A stretch of DNA of 64,000 bases. Source: Emiliania huxleyi CCMP1516 (Eukaryota). The DNA lies in contig NW_005202428.1 of NCBI RefSeq assembly GCF_000372725.1, positions 462,679 through 526,678 on the forward strand, read 5' to 3'. The translations under genes and the position numbers were made by a program. Of the stretch, positions 35,893 through 47,293 are shown piece after piece (position 1 is the stretch's first letter; each line of letters begins with the position of its first letter). Below the pieces are notes generated by a model. It saw only the letters and a list, made by a program, of their open reading frames with translations, searched no databases and was not told the DNA's origin.

Positions 35893-37239
35893 ATGAGCGG
35901 CCCAGCCGTCAGCCCCGCCGAGCTGGCGGTGGGCGACCTGGGCTCGCTGCGCGCCCTCCTCTCCGGGCGGCGGACGCGCGGCACGTCGCTCGCGGCCCAG
36001 CTCGACGCGCGGCTCGACACCGAGAAGCAAGACACGCTGCTCACCTGGGCCGCTCGCCACGGGCAAGCCGAGGCGGTGCGGCTGCTGCTCGAAGCTGGCG
36101 CGAGCGTCGGGGCGACGACGGGCGGCGGCCGCGGCGGCTCCGCGCTGTACATCGCGTGCCAGGAGGGCCACCTCGAGTGCGCCGCGCTGCTTCTCGAGGC
36201 TGGCGCGGCGGTCAACCAAGCCAACGCCAGAGGCGCCACGCCGCTCTTCATCGCGTGCCAGAACGGCCACGTCGAGTGCGCCCGGCTGCTCCAGCAGGCT
36301 GGCGCAGCGGTCAACCAAGCGATGGACGGCGGCGTCACGGCGATGCTCATGGCGTGTCAGAACGGCCACCCCCCGTGCGTCCGGCTGCTTCTCGAGGCCA
36401 GTGCGGCGGTCGGCCAAGCCATGAACAACGGCGTCACGCCGCTGTACATCGCGTGCCAGGAGGGCCACCTCGAGTGCGCCGCGCTGCTTCTCGAGGCTGG
36501 CGCGGCGGTCAACCAAGCCAACGCCAGAGGCGCCACGCCGCTCTTCATCGCGTGCCAGAACGGCCACGTCGAGTGCGCCCGGCTGCTCCTCGAGGCCAGC
36601 GCGGCGGTCAACCAAGCCAACACCAGAGGCGCCACGCCGCTGTACGTCGCGTGCAAGCGCGGCCACGTCGACATCGCCCGGCTGCTTCTCGAGGCCAGCG
36701 CATCGGTCAACCAGGCCTCGAACCAAGGCGCCGCCCCGCTGCTCATCGCGTGCCGCAACGGCCACCTCGAGGTCGCCAAGCTCCTCTCCTCCTACGGCGC
36801 CTCCCGCGCCGCTACGCTCTTCGGCACGCCCGAGGAGATTGCAAACAGCCGCGGCCACGCCGACCTCGCCGCCTGGCTGGTCGCCAGCCGCGGCTGGACG
36901 CCGCTCGCGCACCTTGAGAGCCTCACCACCGCCCGCGCTCTCTCCCTGCTGCGCAGCAGCGCAAGCCTGCACGAGGGCGAGCCGACGCCGCTGCAGCGCG
37001 CCGCGGGCGGCGAGGGCGAGGCGGCGGCGCTGATCCGGCGGGCGGCGGCGCCGTGGTCGTCGGCAAGCCACTCGCTCTTCCCCGCGGCGGCCCGCGCGCG
37101 GGCGGCGCTCCTCGTCCTCTCGCTCTACGAGATCCACGAGCGGCACCATCTCGACTCGGCAGGAAACACGAACGGCATCGCGGCGCGCGACTTTGTCGCG
37201 TGCGTGCTGCGCTTCGCGATCACGCGCGAGACGGAGTAG
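35893..37239 (+). CDS. Ankyrin-repeat protein
   Basis: About 8 repeats of GATPLFIACQNGHVECARLLLEA.AAVNQA; near-identical internal nucleotide duplication. Confidence 0.9.
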   Translation: MSGPAVSPAELAVGDLGSLRALLSGRRTRGTSLAAQLDARLDTEKQDTLLTWAARHGQAEAVRLLLEAGASVGATTGGGRGGSALYIACQEGHLECAALLLEAGAAVNQANARGATPLFIACQNGHVECARLLQQAGAAVNQAMDGGVTAMLMACQNGHPPCVRLLLEASAAVGQAMNNGVTPLYIACQEGHLECAALLLEAGAAVNQANARGATPLFIACQNGHVECARLLLEASAAVNQANTRGATPLYVACKRGHVDIARLLLEASASVNQASNQGAAPLLIACRNGHLEVAKLLSSYGASRAATLFGTPEEIANSRGHADLAAWLVASRGWTPLAHLESLTTARALSLLRSSASLHEGEPTPLQRAAGGEGEAAALIRRAAAPWSSASHSLFPAAARARAALLVLSLYEIHERHHLDSAGNTNGIAARDFVACVLRFAITRETE

Positions 37240-37482
37240 CGGAGCACTGCAGTGGCCCTGCTCTCCCCTTGGAACCGCCGCGACGGTCCCTCCTCTGTTG
37301 TTTAGTGCTCAACTGGATCGGACTGTGTGCCGTCCGTTTTATCTCGCGCAGCGTACGTACATTCTGTCGAGATGGATTTTTGTGGCAACTAAGTCTCTGC
37401 ACGCCAAAAAATAAGCAAAACGGACATCCCAAGCTAGGCAAGCCGCGGCGGCCGCGCTCTACAGACTACACGACCGTGCGCG

Positions 37483-38246
37483 CCGCGGGGTTGTTGCACG
37501 AGTATATGGGACAAAAGCGTCGAAAATGTCCCAAAAAAGCGTGTCTCGAGTTTGTTGCAGCCCCACAGCCGGCGCGCGCTGCCAGGAAGCACCGCTCGCG
37601 TGTCGGCCGCACTCCCTGGCACCCGGTGAGTGCGGCCGACCGACCAGACCGATTAGGCTCGACGCCGCGCTCGCTGTGGGGCTGCAACAAACTCGCCGCC
37701 GAGCGTGCCACCGAAAGCGTCCCGGCGGAGGTGATGGAGTGTGAGACCTGAGGCTGCGGAAGTGACGCCTGAGGTACCGGTCCGTGCACAGCGACTCAGC
37801 CGGCGACCGCCACGGGCTCAGACGAGACTTGTCGACTCGTTCCAGCTCAGCTTCACCGTGGTCCTCGGGCGTCTGTCGACGTCAGGACCACCCATACAGC
37901 TCGCGGGTTTGAGGTCGCAAGAGCCAAGATGGTGGCGTTTGGACATCCCAACCATCACACAAGACAGCCTGTAGGTGATGGCGGGACGGCGCAGTGTTTG
38001 TGGCACTCGGCAGTAGGCACCCGCGGCACGGCCCCGCTGTCGGCTCTCGCGGGCTGCGGAACCGGACCCAGAAAGGGACGGTCCGGGCGAGTGTGGCAGC
38101 TCCTGCGCTAGTATGGGCACCCTCTATTGTAGCACTACTGATCCTGGTCATTAGAGCTGCCAGGGATAGCGTCAGGAGCTGGTAGGAGTCAAAACCCCTC
38201 ATATTTGAGACATCGTGTCCCATATACTCGTGCAACAACCCCGCGG
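37483..38246. mobile_element. MITE with ~30 bp perfect terminal inverted repeats
   Basis: CCGCGGGGTTGTTGCACGAGTATATGGGAC (37483-37512) and its exact reverse complement (38217-38246); internal 23 bp inverted repeat 37547-37569/37673-37695; imperfect flanks TGCGCG/TGCTCG. Confidence 0.85.
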
Positions 38247-38548
38247 TGCTCGGTGCTCCGCGCACCCAACTCGTTCGAACGCAAATGACCAAAATCAAGA
38301 TTGTGTAACGCGAGTTGCCACTGTGAGATGGAACTAGCCCTTGAGTCTCGGCATGAACCTCAGACCCTTCTGAGAGGCAAAAAGAAAGAAAGAAAGAAAA
38401 CAGACAACCCAAGGGAGGGATGGGAGGACGGCACGCCGCCACCACACAGGGATTTTGAGAGGCACGAGGCCGCCCGTAAATAGGGATATTTTCTTTTTTC
38501 CCGTTGTAAATCCTTCCTGCCGGAAATCCTTCATTCGAGTTTCGACGG

Positions 38549-39312
38549 ATGCCAGCCCTCTCCTCCGTTACGCCGGCTGCCGCCTCGCGTCTCGTCGTGC
38601 TCGTTGTCGTGCTCTTTGGCTTTGTGCCCAGTAAGCCAGCTCAACGCCGAGAGGCGGCTAAGTAGCGGGAGTGTTGACTCGCGCTCTCCCTCGCCGCCGC
38701 AGGCCTGATCCTCCAATCGCCGGCCATCCCTCACAATCAGAAGTGGTTCGGAAACCACAGCAACTGGGGGTACCACCACGACGCCTCTGGCATGCCCGAC
38801 GCTGGCTGGCAGAACGAGATCGCCATCTGGAACCTGTCGGTGGGTCTGATGCTCACCGGCACGCTCTTCTCGGTCAAGGTGCATGAAGCCGACTCACGCG
38901 TCGAACCCGGTTCTCGCACCACGGCTCCTGTGAGATGGCTCCTGTGCCCCGCCCACTCACAGGACGTCTCCTTCCTGCTCCCCGGTCTTACTGTCATGTG
39001 CACCCTCTTCTTCTTCAACCACCTCAACGGCTTCTCTCGCGCACGCCGGTACGAGAACCGGACCGCGTGGTCTCACGTCGCCGGTGTGCGGGCCCCCCAA
39101 CACGCAGCACGCCCGCCAACGCCGTTTTCCTGAGCCCCTCAACCGGTCACAGTTGGGGCCATGACATCGCAGGCGCCGTTGGCAACGGGGTTGGCATCGC
39201 TCTCTTTCTGTGCTGGTGGATCCTGAGCTTCCGCGCCGGCTTCGTCTGCCTGTGGCGGCGGCGGTCCGCCGAAGCAGAGGAGGGCAAGGGCGACTGCAGC
39301 GCGGCGGCATGA
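38549..39312 (+). CDS. Small multi-pass membrane protein, 4 exons
   Basis: Spliced: MPALSS..LVVLVVVLFGFVP|SLILQ..WFGNHSNWGY..GWQNEIAIWNLSVGLML..K|DVSFLLPGL..FFNHL..SHVA|GAVGNGVGIALFLCWWIL; canonical GT-AG introns. Confidence 0.6.
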
Positions 39313-39644
39313 GTACGCAGGTGGGGAGGCCGGGTGGTATGTCGGTCGGTCGCCACGCAGCTGGCCAGGCAGAGGGGCGGAGGGGAGAAGAAGTGAATGA
39401 AAGGTGTGGGTGTGGCGTGTCTGGCGCGTGGCGGCGCGAACCCTGCCCGCTCGCTGTTCGTGCCGGGGGAGGCGCGACCCTGTGTCACCCGGGTGGTCAC
39501 TCACTCACGCACCGAGCCACCGACTCAGGGATGTATGTTTGTATGTATCGAAGGCGAAAACAGGGTGTGCTGAGTGTGTTGAGTGCTGTGGATGGATTGG
39601 AGGAGGATGTCGCTCGAGGGATGTTGAGAGACTGACTCGAGGAC

Positions 39645-40195
39645 GTGTCTGATTTCTTTTGGGACGGACCGCTCGACCACTCGACTGGAAAGGGATGGGT
39701 CAAAGACCACGCGTATGGAAAGGGGTGGGTCAAGACGGATACGGGCTGGAAGTGGATGGGGGCGCAGTACTACGACGCGAAGTGGGTCAAGAAAGCCATA
39801 ACGCGGCTGGTGCTCGTGGAAACTTTGGGAGGCATTGCGCCGCCCACCAAGCAGTGCCTCCACGTGTTCGCCAAGGAGGCGGCGGGCACCAACACGGACC
39901 GGACGGTGTATGGGGCGGCGTCGGCGAGCGCCTCCTCCTTCGTCGTCCACCACACGCAGCAGATCTCCAAGGCGGCGGTGGCGGGCGACGCCGAAAACAT
40001 CAACAAGCAGGCGCGCAAGGAGCGTACCGACTGGATCAACAAGCAAAAGAACAAGCAAGCGACAAGCGGCTTCTTGTCCTCGGCCCCAGTGGGGGGTGCC
40101 CGCGCCGCCTAGCTCTGCAGACGGGCCCCTCCACCCTTCGTGTAATCATGTAGTCCCCACATCCGCAATCGTGGGATCGCTTGTCATGTGAGAGA
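39645..40195 (+). mobile_element. 3' fragment of an RLE-type (CRE-like) non-LTR retrotransposon, family A
   Basis: LVLVETLGGIAP..LHVFA..SFVVHHTQQISKAAVAGDAENI resembles the C-terminus of restriction-like endonuclease domains (hhET.GG...IS.A....NA..I); the putative 3' UTR ends in TGTGAGAGAG. Confidence 0.55.
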
Positions 40196-40244
40196 GTGCG
40201 TTGTGTTCTTGTTTTGTACCCGCTTTCTCTTTTGAGCATCGCAT

Positions 40245-40625
40245 ACGCCAGGGAGGACAAGGACGTCGACGTGCAGCAGCTGTTGTTCGAGTCGTTCGGT
40301 GGGTTCGGGAAGGAAGGGGGTCGGCGCGATCTTCTGTGGAAGGCGGCGAACGCGCTGCAACAAGCTGACGCGGGCCCAGTACCTCGATGAGGTGACTTGG
40401 ACCACCAAGAGCTGGCTGGGGCTGCAGACAAGCAGCGCATCTCAGTCGTTCTTCACACGGCCATCGCAGAGCAGATTGTGAATGAGCTTGCCTGCGGCGA
40501 GGGCGGTCGGTCGAGTGCACGGAGCTAAGTGCCTCGCCGTCCTCGCGGGAGTCGCTTAGGTGGCTCCCGTGGTGTACCTGTGTTAGTGCCAGTGCGCGCC
40601 AGTCCCGTGCCTAGTGTGGTGTCAG
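40245..40625 (+). mobile_element. Degenerate 3' fragment of an RLE-type non-LTR retrotransposon, family B, with its 3' UTR
   Basis: With frameshifts: DVQQLLFESFGGFGKE..RDLLWKAANAL..KLTRAQYLDEVTWTTKSWLGLQ..RISVVLHTAIAEQIVNEL; followed by the hairpin repeat found five more times, complete or partial, in the window. Confidence 0.6.
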
Positions 40626-40633
40626 AGTGTAAA

Positions 40634-41258
40634 ATACTGTCCCGTTTTGCTGTTCACAGCTAGGGACGGCCTCTGCGGCAAAGTCAACTCACCCCCACCA
40701 CCCTACCACCTCCCACCACGGCAAACCTTCGGCTCCCGCTCAGAGGCGCCCCGCGCCCGTGCGGCGCGCCGAGGCGGCGCCGAGGCCGGCGCCTTGCACC
40801 CGGCCCGCGGCCGGCACCGCCTCGCCCCACAACTGACCGCCCTGCGGCCCCTGCGCAGGCGTACCACAGGCGTCGCTCAAAAAGCGACGCCGGGTGTGGG
40901 CTGCTCCCTTGACCCGTCACGGGTGCGGCGCGCCGAGGCGGCGCCGAGGCCGGCGCCTTGCACCCGGCCCGCGGCCGGCACCGCCTCGCCCCACAACTGA
41001 CCGCCCTGCGGCCCCTGCGCAGGCGTACCACAGGCGTCGCTCAAAAAGCGACGCCGGGTGTGGGCTGCTCCCTTGACCCGTCACCCGCCGCGCCCTCGCC
41101 CGGCCGCCTCACCGCTCACGGAGCGTGCTCGCCGCCGCCGCCGCGCGTCCCGCGCCGCCACGCATGCCCCTTGCCCTGACGCGCGCGCTCTGCAGCGGCA
41201 GAGCGCGCGTCTGTCACAGACGGAGCAGCGACCGCGCCAGCGGTCGCTGCTCCGCCCC
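40634..41258 (+). repeat. Dispersed GC-rich repeat, copy 2, with an internal ~160 bp tandem duplication
   Basis: Matches 20883-21340. Confidence 0.9.
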
Positions 41259-43033
41259 TCCGTCGCGCGCGCCTGGAATGCAACCTTCCGCTAGCAGAGC
41301 GAGCCTCTCGACGCGCGTCGACGAGGATGGTAGCCATTCGAACCTGCCACTCTCCGTTCTGAAAAAGCAGTACGAGCGTCCGCACGCAATTTCAAGGTGG
41401 GCGCCAAAGCCCCGCCGGTACAATCGCAGCTCCTTCCTCCGCAGCGCCTTAAACCGCCTTCGGCGCTTTTTTGCCAATTCGCGCTTCGCTTGAACTGAAT
41501 TGCGGTGTCGCACGAAGTCCAGGCAGTGGTCGAGGAGCAAGTTTGTAGCAAGCGGGGTCGCAACCACGAGCACGGAACCGTCTGTTGCAATCAGAGAAGC
41601 GACCTTGACACCTGAGTGGAATGCCGCGATGCCGTGCGTAACCAACAGCGGGTCGTTGTTGACGAGTGGCGTGAGTACCATCAATGTTGGCACCATGGCA
41701 AAGGCGCAACTCTGAGGTGATTTCACGAGCATGCGCACCCATTTGACGCAGAGGTATCCGACAGCCGAGCCGGCTTCGTAGCCGCTGAGAAATGCAGAGT
41801 TGCCGCCGAGGGAGACCAAGCCCGGTGGCAATCCGAAGCATCGTGATCGAACGGTGCAGAGCCACTCAAAGTACTCTGTGCGCTCATCAAGAAGCAGGTA
41901 TCTATGGCTAGCCCAAGACGAAGCTGAGTAGTAGTATCGGGTAGCGTTTGAAATCAGCTGAACTTGATTTCCTTCCAGCGCCCAATGCCGCACCGAAAGG
42001 TGTGTTCCGACAAGCCGCAATGGGGCAACATGACCTGGTTTGAGCTCCCAATTTCGCAGCGAAAGGTGTGCATCGAGATTCAGCAACGGGGCAAGTCCTT
42101 CAGGCCAACGCCAATCGCAATCGTTTCGCAGTTGGGGCGAAGTTCGGTCTTCCTCTTCGTCATCGATCGGCGGCGAGAGGCGGCGAGTGGTGACGCGAAT
42201 TTCAACCGAAATCGCGCCACCCTTTGTGCACTTTGAACGCAATGATGTTGTTGTGACGGTTGAATTTTTGCCGATTTCTGTAAGCGTCCATTTTTGAATA
42301 GGTTTGGAAACCACCGAGGGGTACAATTCCACATAATTCATCCGACGGAAACGTGGCGATGGCACCTGATTCGGGGCGCAGTGGGGGGGGGGGGTGAGGA
42401 TTTGGTTCTGAAGAAGGTGGGGCAGTACCGAGGGGGATGGGGGAGGGTCACCGTTTGGGCGAGCGAAGGCTGTGGCGCCGACGGCGGCACCCTTGTACGA
42501 GGCTGTGAGGGGAGCGGCGGCGAGAGGGGGGGCGACGGCGACGCAGGCGAGCCGCGCGCGCGCGCGACTGACGGAAGCGCGGGCGGCGGGAAAAAGGAGA
42601 ACGGCGGCGGCGGCGAGGCGCAAAACGGGGGCGGCGGAAGTGGGGGCGACGGCGGCGGCAGAGTGAACGGCGGCGCGCGCACGGACGGCGACGAAATCGA
42701 CGGCGGGGAGGGCCGGGGCTGCATGGCGGCGGCGGACGCGCGCACATTTGTCGTGCTTGCGCATTGGCACTCGACGTCCTCCTCGGCGACCTGCGTGCGC
42801 GCGGGAACGGCAGGGGTCATTTCGCGCGCACCGGGCGGCGCCGTGCTCGCAGCAGCCGGGATCGCGGCAGAGTATGGTGGAGAGCTCTACCCGCGCACCT
42901 GCCCAGCGATGAGGTCGACGCCGCTCCTGGCAGGCGAGGCAGGGATCTCGGCGACGTTGGAGAGCGGGCGCACGATGTCGTGGGCGACGCCCGTCCGCAG
43001 CCACGTCGTGGTGACGACGATGGCGAGGAGCAT
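41214..43033 (-). CDS. Hypothetical protein: signal-like start, Pro-rich region, long lower-GC terminal exon
   Basis: MLLAIVVTTTW.. at 43033; Pro-rich middle; uninterrupted ~380-codon frame 42365-41214 after a CAG acceptor. No family recognised. Confidence 0.35.
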
Positions 43034-43229
43034 CACGGTGGAGAGGAGCGTCCCGGCGCTGCTTGGGCTCGCTCGAGTTTCCGGTCTAGGCGCGGCACGG
43101 GGTTTTTCATTTATCAGGGCTTGGACGTGGACCTCCAAGAATTCTTTTGACCTCGTGAGCTCCACGACTGCTGGCTCGCCGCTCGTGTCGTGGCTCGCTC
43201 TCCTCTCCTCCACCTGCCGCACTATTCCT

Positions 43230-44225
43230 ATGGCTCCCGTCATCGCCGCGCTGTGCCTTTCCTTCGTGCTGCCGCTGCCGCTGGATACCGCCCGGCATGC
43301 CCGTGGCGCCACGCCCGCGCCCGCGTTGATGGAGGCGGCAGCCACTACCTATCGGCTGAACAACTACCTGCTGCCGGCGCCGCTGACGCCGCGCAACAAC
43401 ATGGTACTGGTGAAGCTGCGCAAGAGCGAGGAGGGCGAAACCTCGCGCGGGCTCGTGCTCGCCGCCTCGCAGCGCAAGATCCGCGACGGCGAGGTGGCGG
43501 CTGCAGGCCCAGGGCTGACGCACCCAGAGTCGGGGCAGTTGCTGCCGACGGGGGTGGGGGCGGGTGACCACGTGCTGTGCGAGGAGATTGTGATGGAGGG
43601 CGAGGCTATCGACTACCTCGGCGAGAAGCACCGCATGCTGCCTGACTCACGTGTGGTGGCCACGCTGGAGGGCGGTGAGGCGCCTCCCTCTCCATGGAGA
43701 ATCTCACTCGCCCAGTCTAGAGACGGTGCCCACACTCCGCCAGTCATCGGCTGCTTGCACCGCCGCGCCCCTTGGACCCGCGCGCGCCCCCCGAGGTTGC
43801 GACGCGTGCGTGACGGCGCAGGCGTCATGTCGGCCGCGACCTTCAAGCCGTCGGGCGAGCGGCTGCTGGTGCGACTGCCGAAGGCGGTGGAGGAGACAGC
43901 GTCGGGAATCGCGCTCGCCGGGCTCGGCGACTCGGGCGAGCTCCCGTCGCAGGGCGAGGCGCGCACTGCAGAGCAGAGCCTTCCCCCTGCCCCTCCCCCT
44001 AGCCGGCGTACGTGACGCCCGTGCCGACTTGTCGTGCGCGCGTCCCCCTGGCAGGTGGTGGCTGTGGGGCCGGGCCAGCTCAACGCGCGCGGGGAGCACA
44101 ACCCGATGCCCGTGGCGCCGGGGGAGTTCGTCGTCTTTGGACGCTACGCCGGCTCAGAGCTCGACTTTGAGGATGGCTTCAAGTACAAGGTGGTGTTTGC
44201 CCGCGAGTGCCTCGCGAAATGGTGA
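43230..44225 (+). CDS. CPN20: Plastid co-chaperonin cpn20/cpn21 (tandem GroES domains), 3 exons
   Basis: Signal-like MAPVIAALCLSFVL; LTPRNNMVLVK..ETSRGLVL..GEVAAAGPG and FKPSGERLLVR..ETASGIAL..GE|VVAVGPG..VAPGEFVVFGRYAGSEL..ECLAKW. Confidence 0.9.
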
Positions 44226-44926
44226 GGGCCGGCCAGTGAGGCGCTTGCGCAACGGCAGGCCGGGGGGGCGGTCGCGCATCGCATGATGCGTCGCGCTTCT
44301 TTCTCTCCCCCCGCGCAACGCCGCAGCGGGGTGCGACGGCGAGGGACGGAAAGGGAGGGGAGGGGAGGCGCGTTCGATAGCGGTAGTTTTCAAACTTAGC
44401 TCGCACCACGCCGAGGAAAGAATGTGTGCAGCTGCAAACCCCCGGCTGTCCTTGAGCCAGGCGCGCCGAAAACAGGTAAGCAGCCATTCGTCGCAGCCCG
44501 CGGCAAGAAGTCCCCGAGGTTTCGTGTGCGAGCCGTGGAGCGACTCTGCGGTAATTCGAGTGGCCAGCTTCCGCAGGCAGGCGTCCTGTGGGGCAGCCAG
44601 GATCTCCTTGTAAGTACTCGCTGCACCGATGCCGATGGCCGAGAGACGATGCGAGGCCGGCGAAGCGTCGAAGCCGCTTCCACCCTGTGGGTTGCCGTGG
44701 CGTCACAGGGCGAGCCAAAGTTGCCGCGTGCGCTGCCGTTGCGCCCAACCAGGTGCTGTGACAACAATGGGGGAACCCAGTGGTCAGCGAGGCTGGAAGT
44801 GCGGTGAAAGAGCAATCGCTGCAGCGGCGCAACCTAACACCCGCACGTGTTTTGCAAGCCCGGAAATGCGGAAAACTTAGTCTGGTCACTCATTCCGTCA
44901 ACATAAAACAAAATCCATAGCACTCC

Positions 44927-46242
44927 ATGAAACGGCACCGAACACCGCCACCGGACGTAACCACCGAGGAGCACGTCAGCCTCCATGACCTGACAGCCGA
45001 GCATGGCCATGAGGCAGGCTCCATCTGTATCATCTGCAAGCGGCCTACCCCTAACGCCAAGACTGGTATCGACTTCCTCGTGCGGTTGCTGACGCTCGAG
45101 CAAACGGGCTGGGTGCGTGACGAGGATGTGGGCACATACATCGACAAGGTGAAGGGAGGAGAGAAGAGGATGGATGCTGCCCCTTTCATGGACGAGCTGC
45201 AGAAGAAGGGCAAGAAGAAGAAGCCATTCGCAGAGGAGTCAGCCCTGCTGCTCAAGCAAGTTGCCAAGCTGAAGATGGCGCAGGCGAAGGAGGGAGCCCC
45301 TGTGACCGTGTACTTCTCGGACAAAGAAAGCTGGTACAATGGCACGATCACGGCCGTGAACAGGGACCGGACATTCACGGTGCACATTGATCTCTCTCTC
45401 CGTCACGCACACGCCCCGCCCCCCCCAGACACACTAACCCAACACATTCCTTTCAGGTTCTCTTCGAGGATGGTGACGAGGATGACTCGGTGCCTCTGAC
45501 AGACCTATACCAGAAGGTTGCGGTGCCGGCGGTCTCCAAGGCGTGCTCGGCTCCGGCGCTCCTTTATGGGCTGCCAAGTGTGTCTACAGAGTCGCTGGAG
45601 ATCGAATGCGACCAGGCCAGTGACTCGGAGGACTCCGACAGCGATCCGACCTCGGAGGAGCCCGCGGCCGTGACTAACGCGGACGACGCGCCACCGCTTC
45701 TTGCCCAGGCGCCAGCGTTAACGCCAGTGGCTACAATCGTCGCAGCTGCTCTGCTCGCTCTGGCAGCAGGGGTGACAGCTGCTCCAACCGTGTTCCAGCC
45801 AGATGGCGGCGGTGCTGGCGCTGGTGCTGGTGCTGACGTGGCTTCTGAGACGGAGCCTGTGGCTGCTGAGCCTGAGTCTGTTGTGCCAGGTGGGCCGGAG
45901 GGGGGCGAGGATAGCGAGGCAGAGTCTTGCGAGGCAGAGTCGCCAGAGGTGGAGGAGGAGGAGGAGGAGGAGGAGGAGGAGGAGGAGGAGGAGGAGGAGG
46001 AGGAGGAGGAGGAGGAGCCGTCGCTGGCAGAGGGACTGCGCTCGGCATTGAGGGCTGAGGAGCAGCTTGACGTGGTGGACATTGTGGAGACCCTCCAATG
46101 CTGCTACTTCCCCAACCTTGCCTCAGTCGTGGGGATCCTTCCTTGCCTCGAGATGATGGAGCACCTGACATTCAACGAGGTGCAGACCGGTGACATTCCC
46201 TCGCGAGTGCGGGCGCTGGTGCAGCTCTTTGGAATGCACTGA
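44927..46242 (+). CDS. Tudor-like domain protein with acidic poly-Glu region (intron 45380-45456)
   Basis: VTVYFSDKESWYNGTITAVNRDRTFT|VLFEDGDEDDSVP; GT-AG intron with ACTAAC branch site; (GAG)n at ~45951-46017. Confidence 0.65.
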
Positions 46243-47293
46243 CTGCCACTGAGCGCCCTCGCCTGCCCCTCGGGATACTGGGGCCTGTGGTGGGGGAGGG
46301 CGGAGGAAGTGGACCCTCGGGAAAACTGGGGCGGGGGAGTGAGCAAGTGAGTGGACCTTTCAGAAGGCATCCTTGGGCCGGCTCGGACCTCTGCGACTCT
46401 CTGGTGCTGGTGCTGGTTGGTTGGTTGGGTCAGCTAGGGGGCCTTGTGGTGTATCGCCTCACCTCGAGTCTCTTGTGGCTCTTGTCAGTTGTCTCAGTCG
46501 AAACGGTCGCGCCTGCCGCAGCTGGTAGATGCAGAGTACCGCGTGAGCCCAGCAGTGTTAGGCGGAGAGCGGAGGGAGATGTTGTTAGCGCGCGCCCGGG
46601 TGTCTCGTGTCTGAGCGATTTTCCCTTTTCTAAATTTTAAAAATCCGTCTTGTCCTTTCGCCTGCGGAAACGACCAGGGGGCTCCCTAGAGCCTAGTCCC
46701 TAGATGGATTCCTAGATGTCCCCAGCCGGAAGCTCCGACGAGTTGCGCCCCGGGCACTGCTGCGCATCTTCGCTATGCCAGAGACCCCTAAGCTACGGCG
46801 TCGGACTGGGTGAGCTCGCTCCCCCCCCCCCCCCTCCCCCGCCCCCCGACGCGCGCCCCCTCCGTCCCGGCCTGTACGCGTGCACGTTCCAGTGTAGCGA
46901 CCGAAAGAAGGCGCTCGGGTGCAGGCCCGAGCAGTCCACCATCCCGTATCTCACCACAAAGGTGGCGCCGAGGGAGAGAGTACCCTCCAGCGCCCTGCCG
47001 CACGCCTCGACGACCGGGTAGCGCGGCTCCAGCTCGACATTCCATCTGTTCCACCGACGTGAGGCTGTACCCTCCGTCGCGTCGCGGCTGGTCTCCTCCA
47101 CAAATTCGCGGACGATGCACGCGACGGCGTGCTCGCGCCCCGTCAGCTCCCCTGTGATCCCCTGTCGAGCCAGGTACCCCGCCAGCCCAGGCGCTGCCTC
47201 GTCGAGGACGGCTGCCGCCCTCGCTGTCACAGGGGCGTTGGAGAGGATGACTGGATGAGAGCCGGTCTGTGTTCCCCACAAGACGCGACGGGT

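Noticed and set aside
35797..37149. Long antisense ORFs opposite real genes (also 30850-32091, 33658-34878, 59645-60658)
   Set aside because: Expected shadow ORFs from high GC3 codon bias.
42294..43229. N-terminal extension of the 573 aa ORF containing cpn20
   Set aside because: GC-rich read-through antisense to another putative gene; the signal-peptide start at 43230 fits plastid targeting.
44381..46647. Weak ~18 bp inverted repeats around the Tudor gene suggesting a transposon
   Set aside because: AT-rich match with several mismatches, no TSD and no transposase seen.
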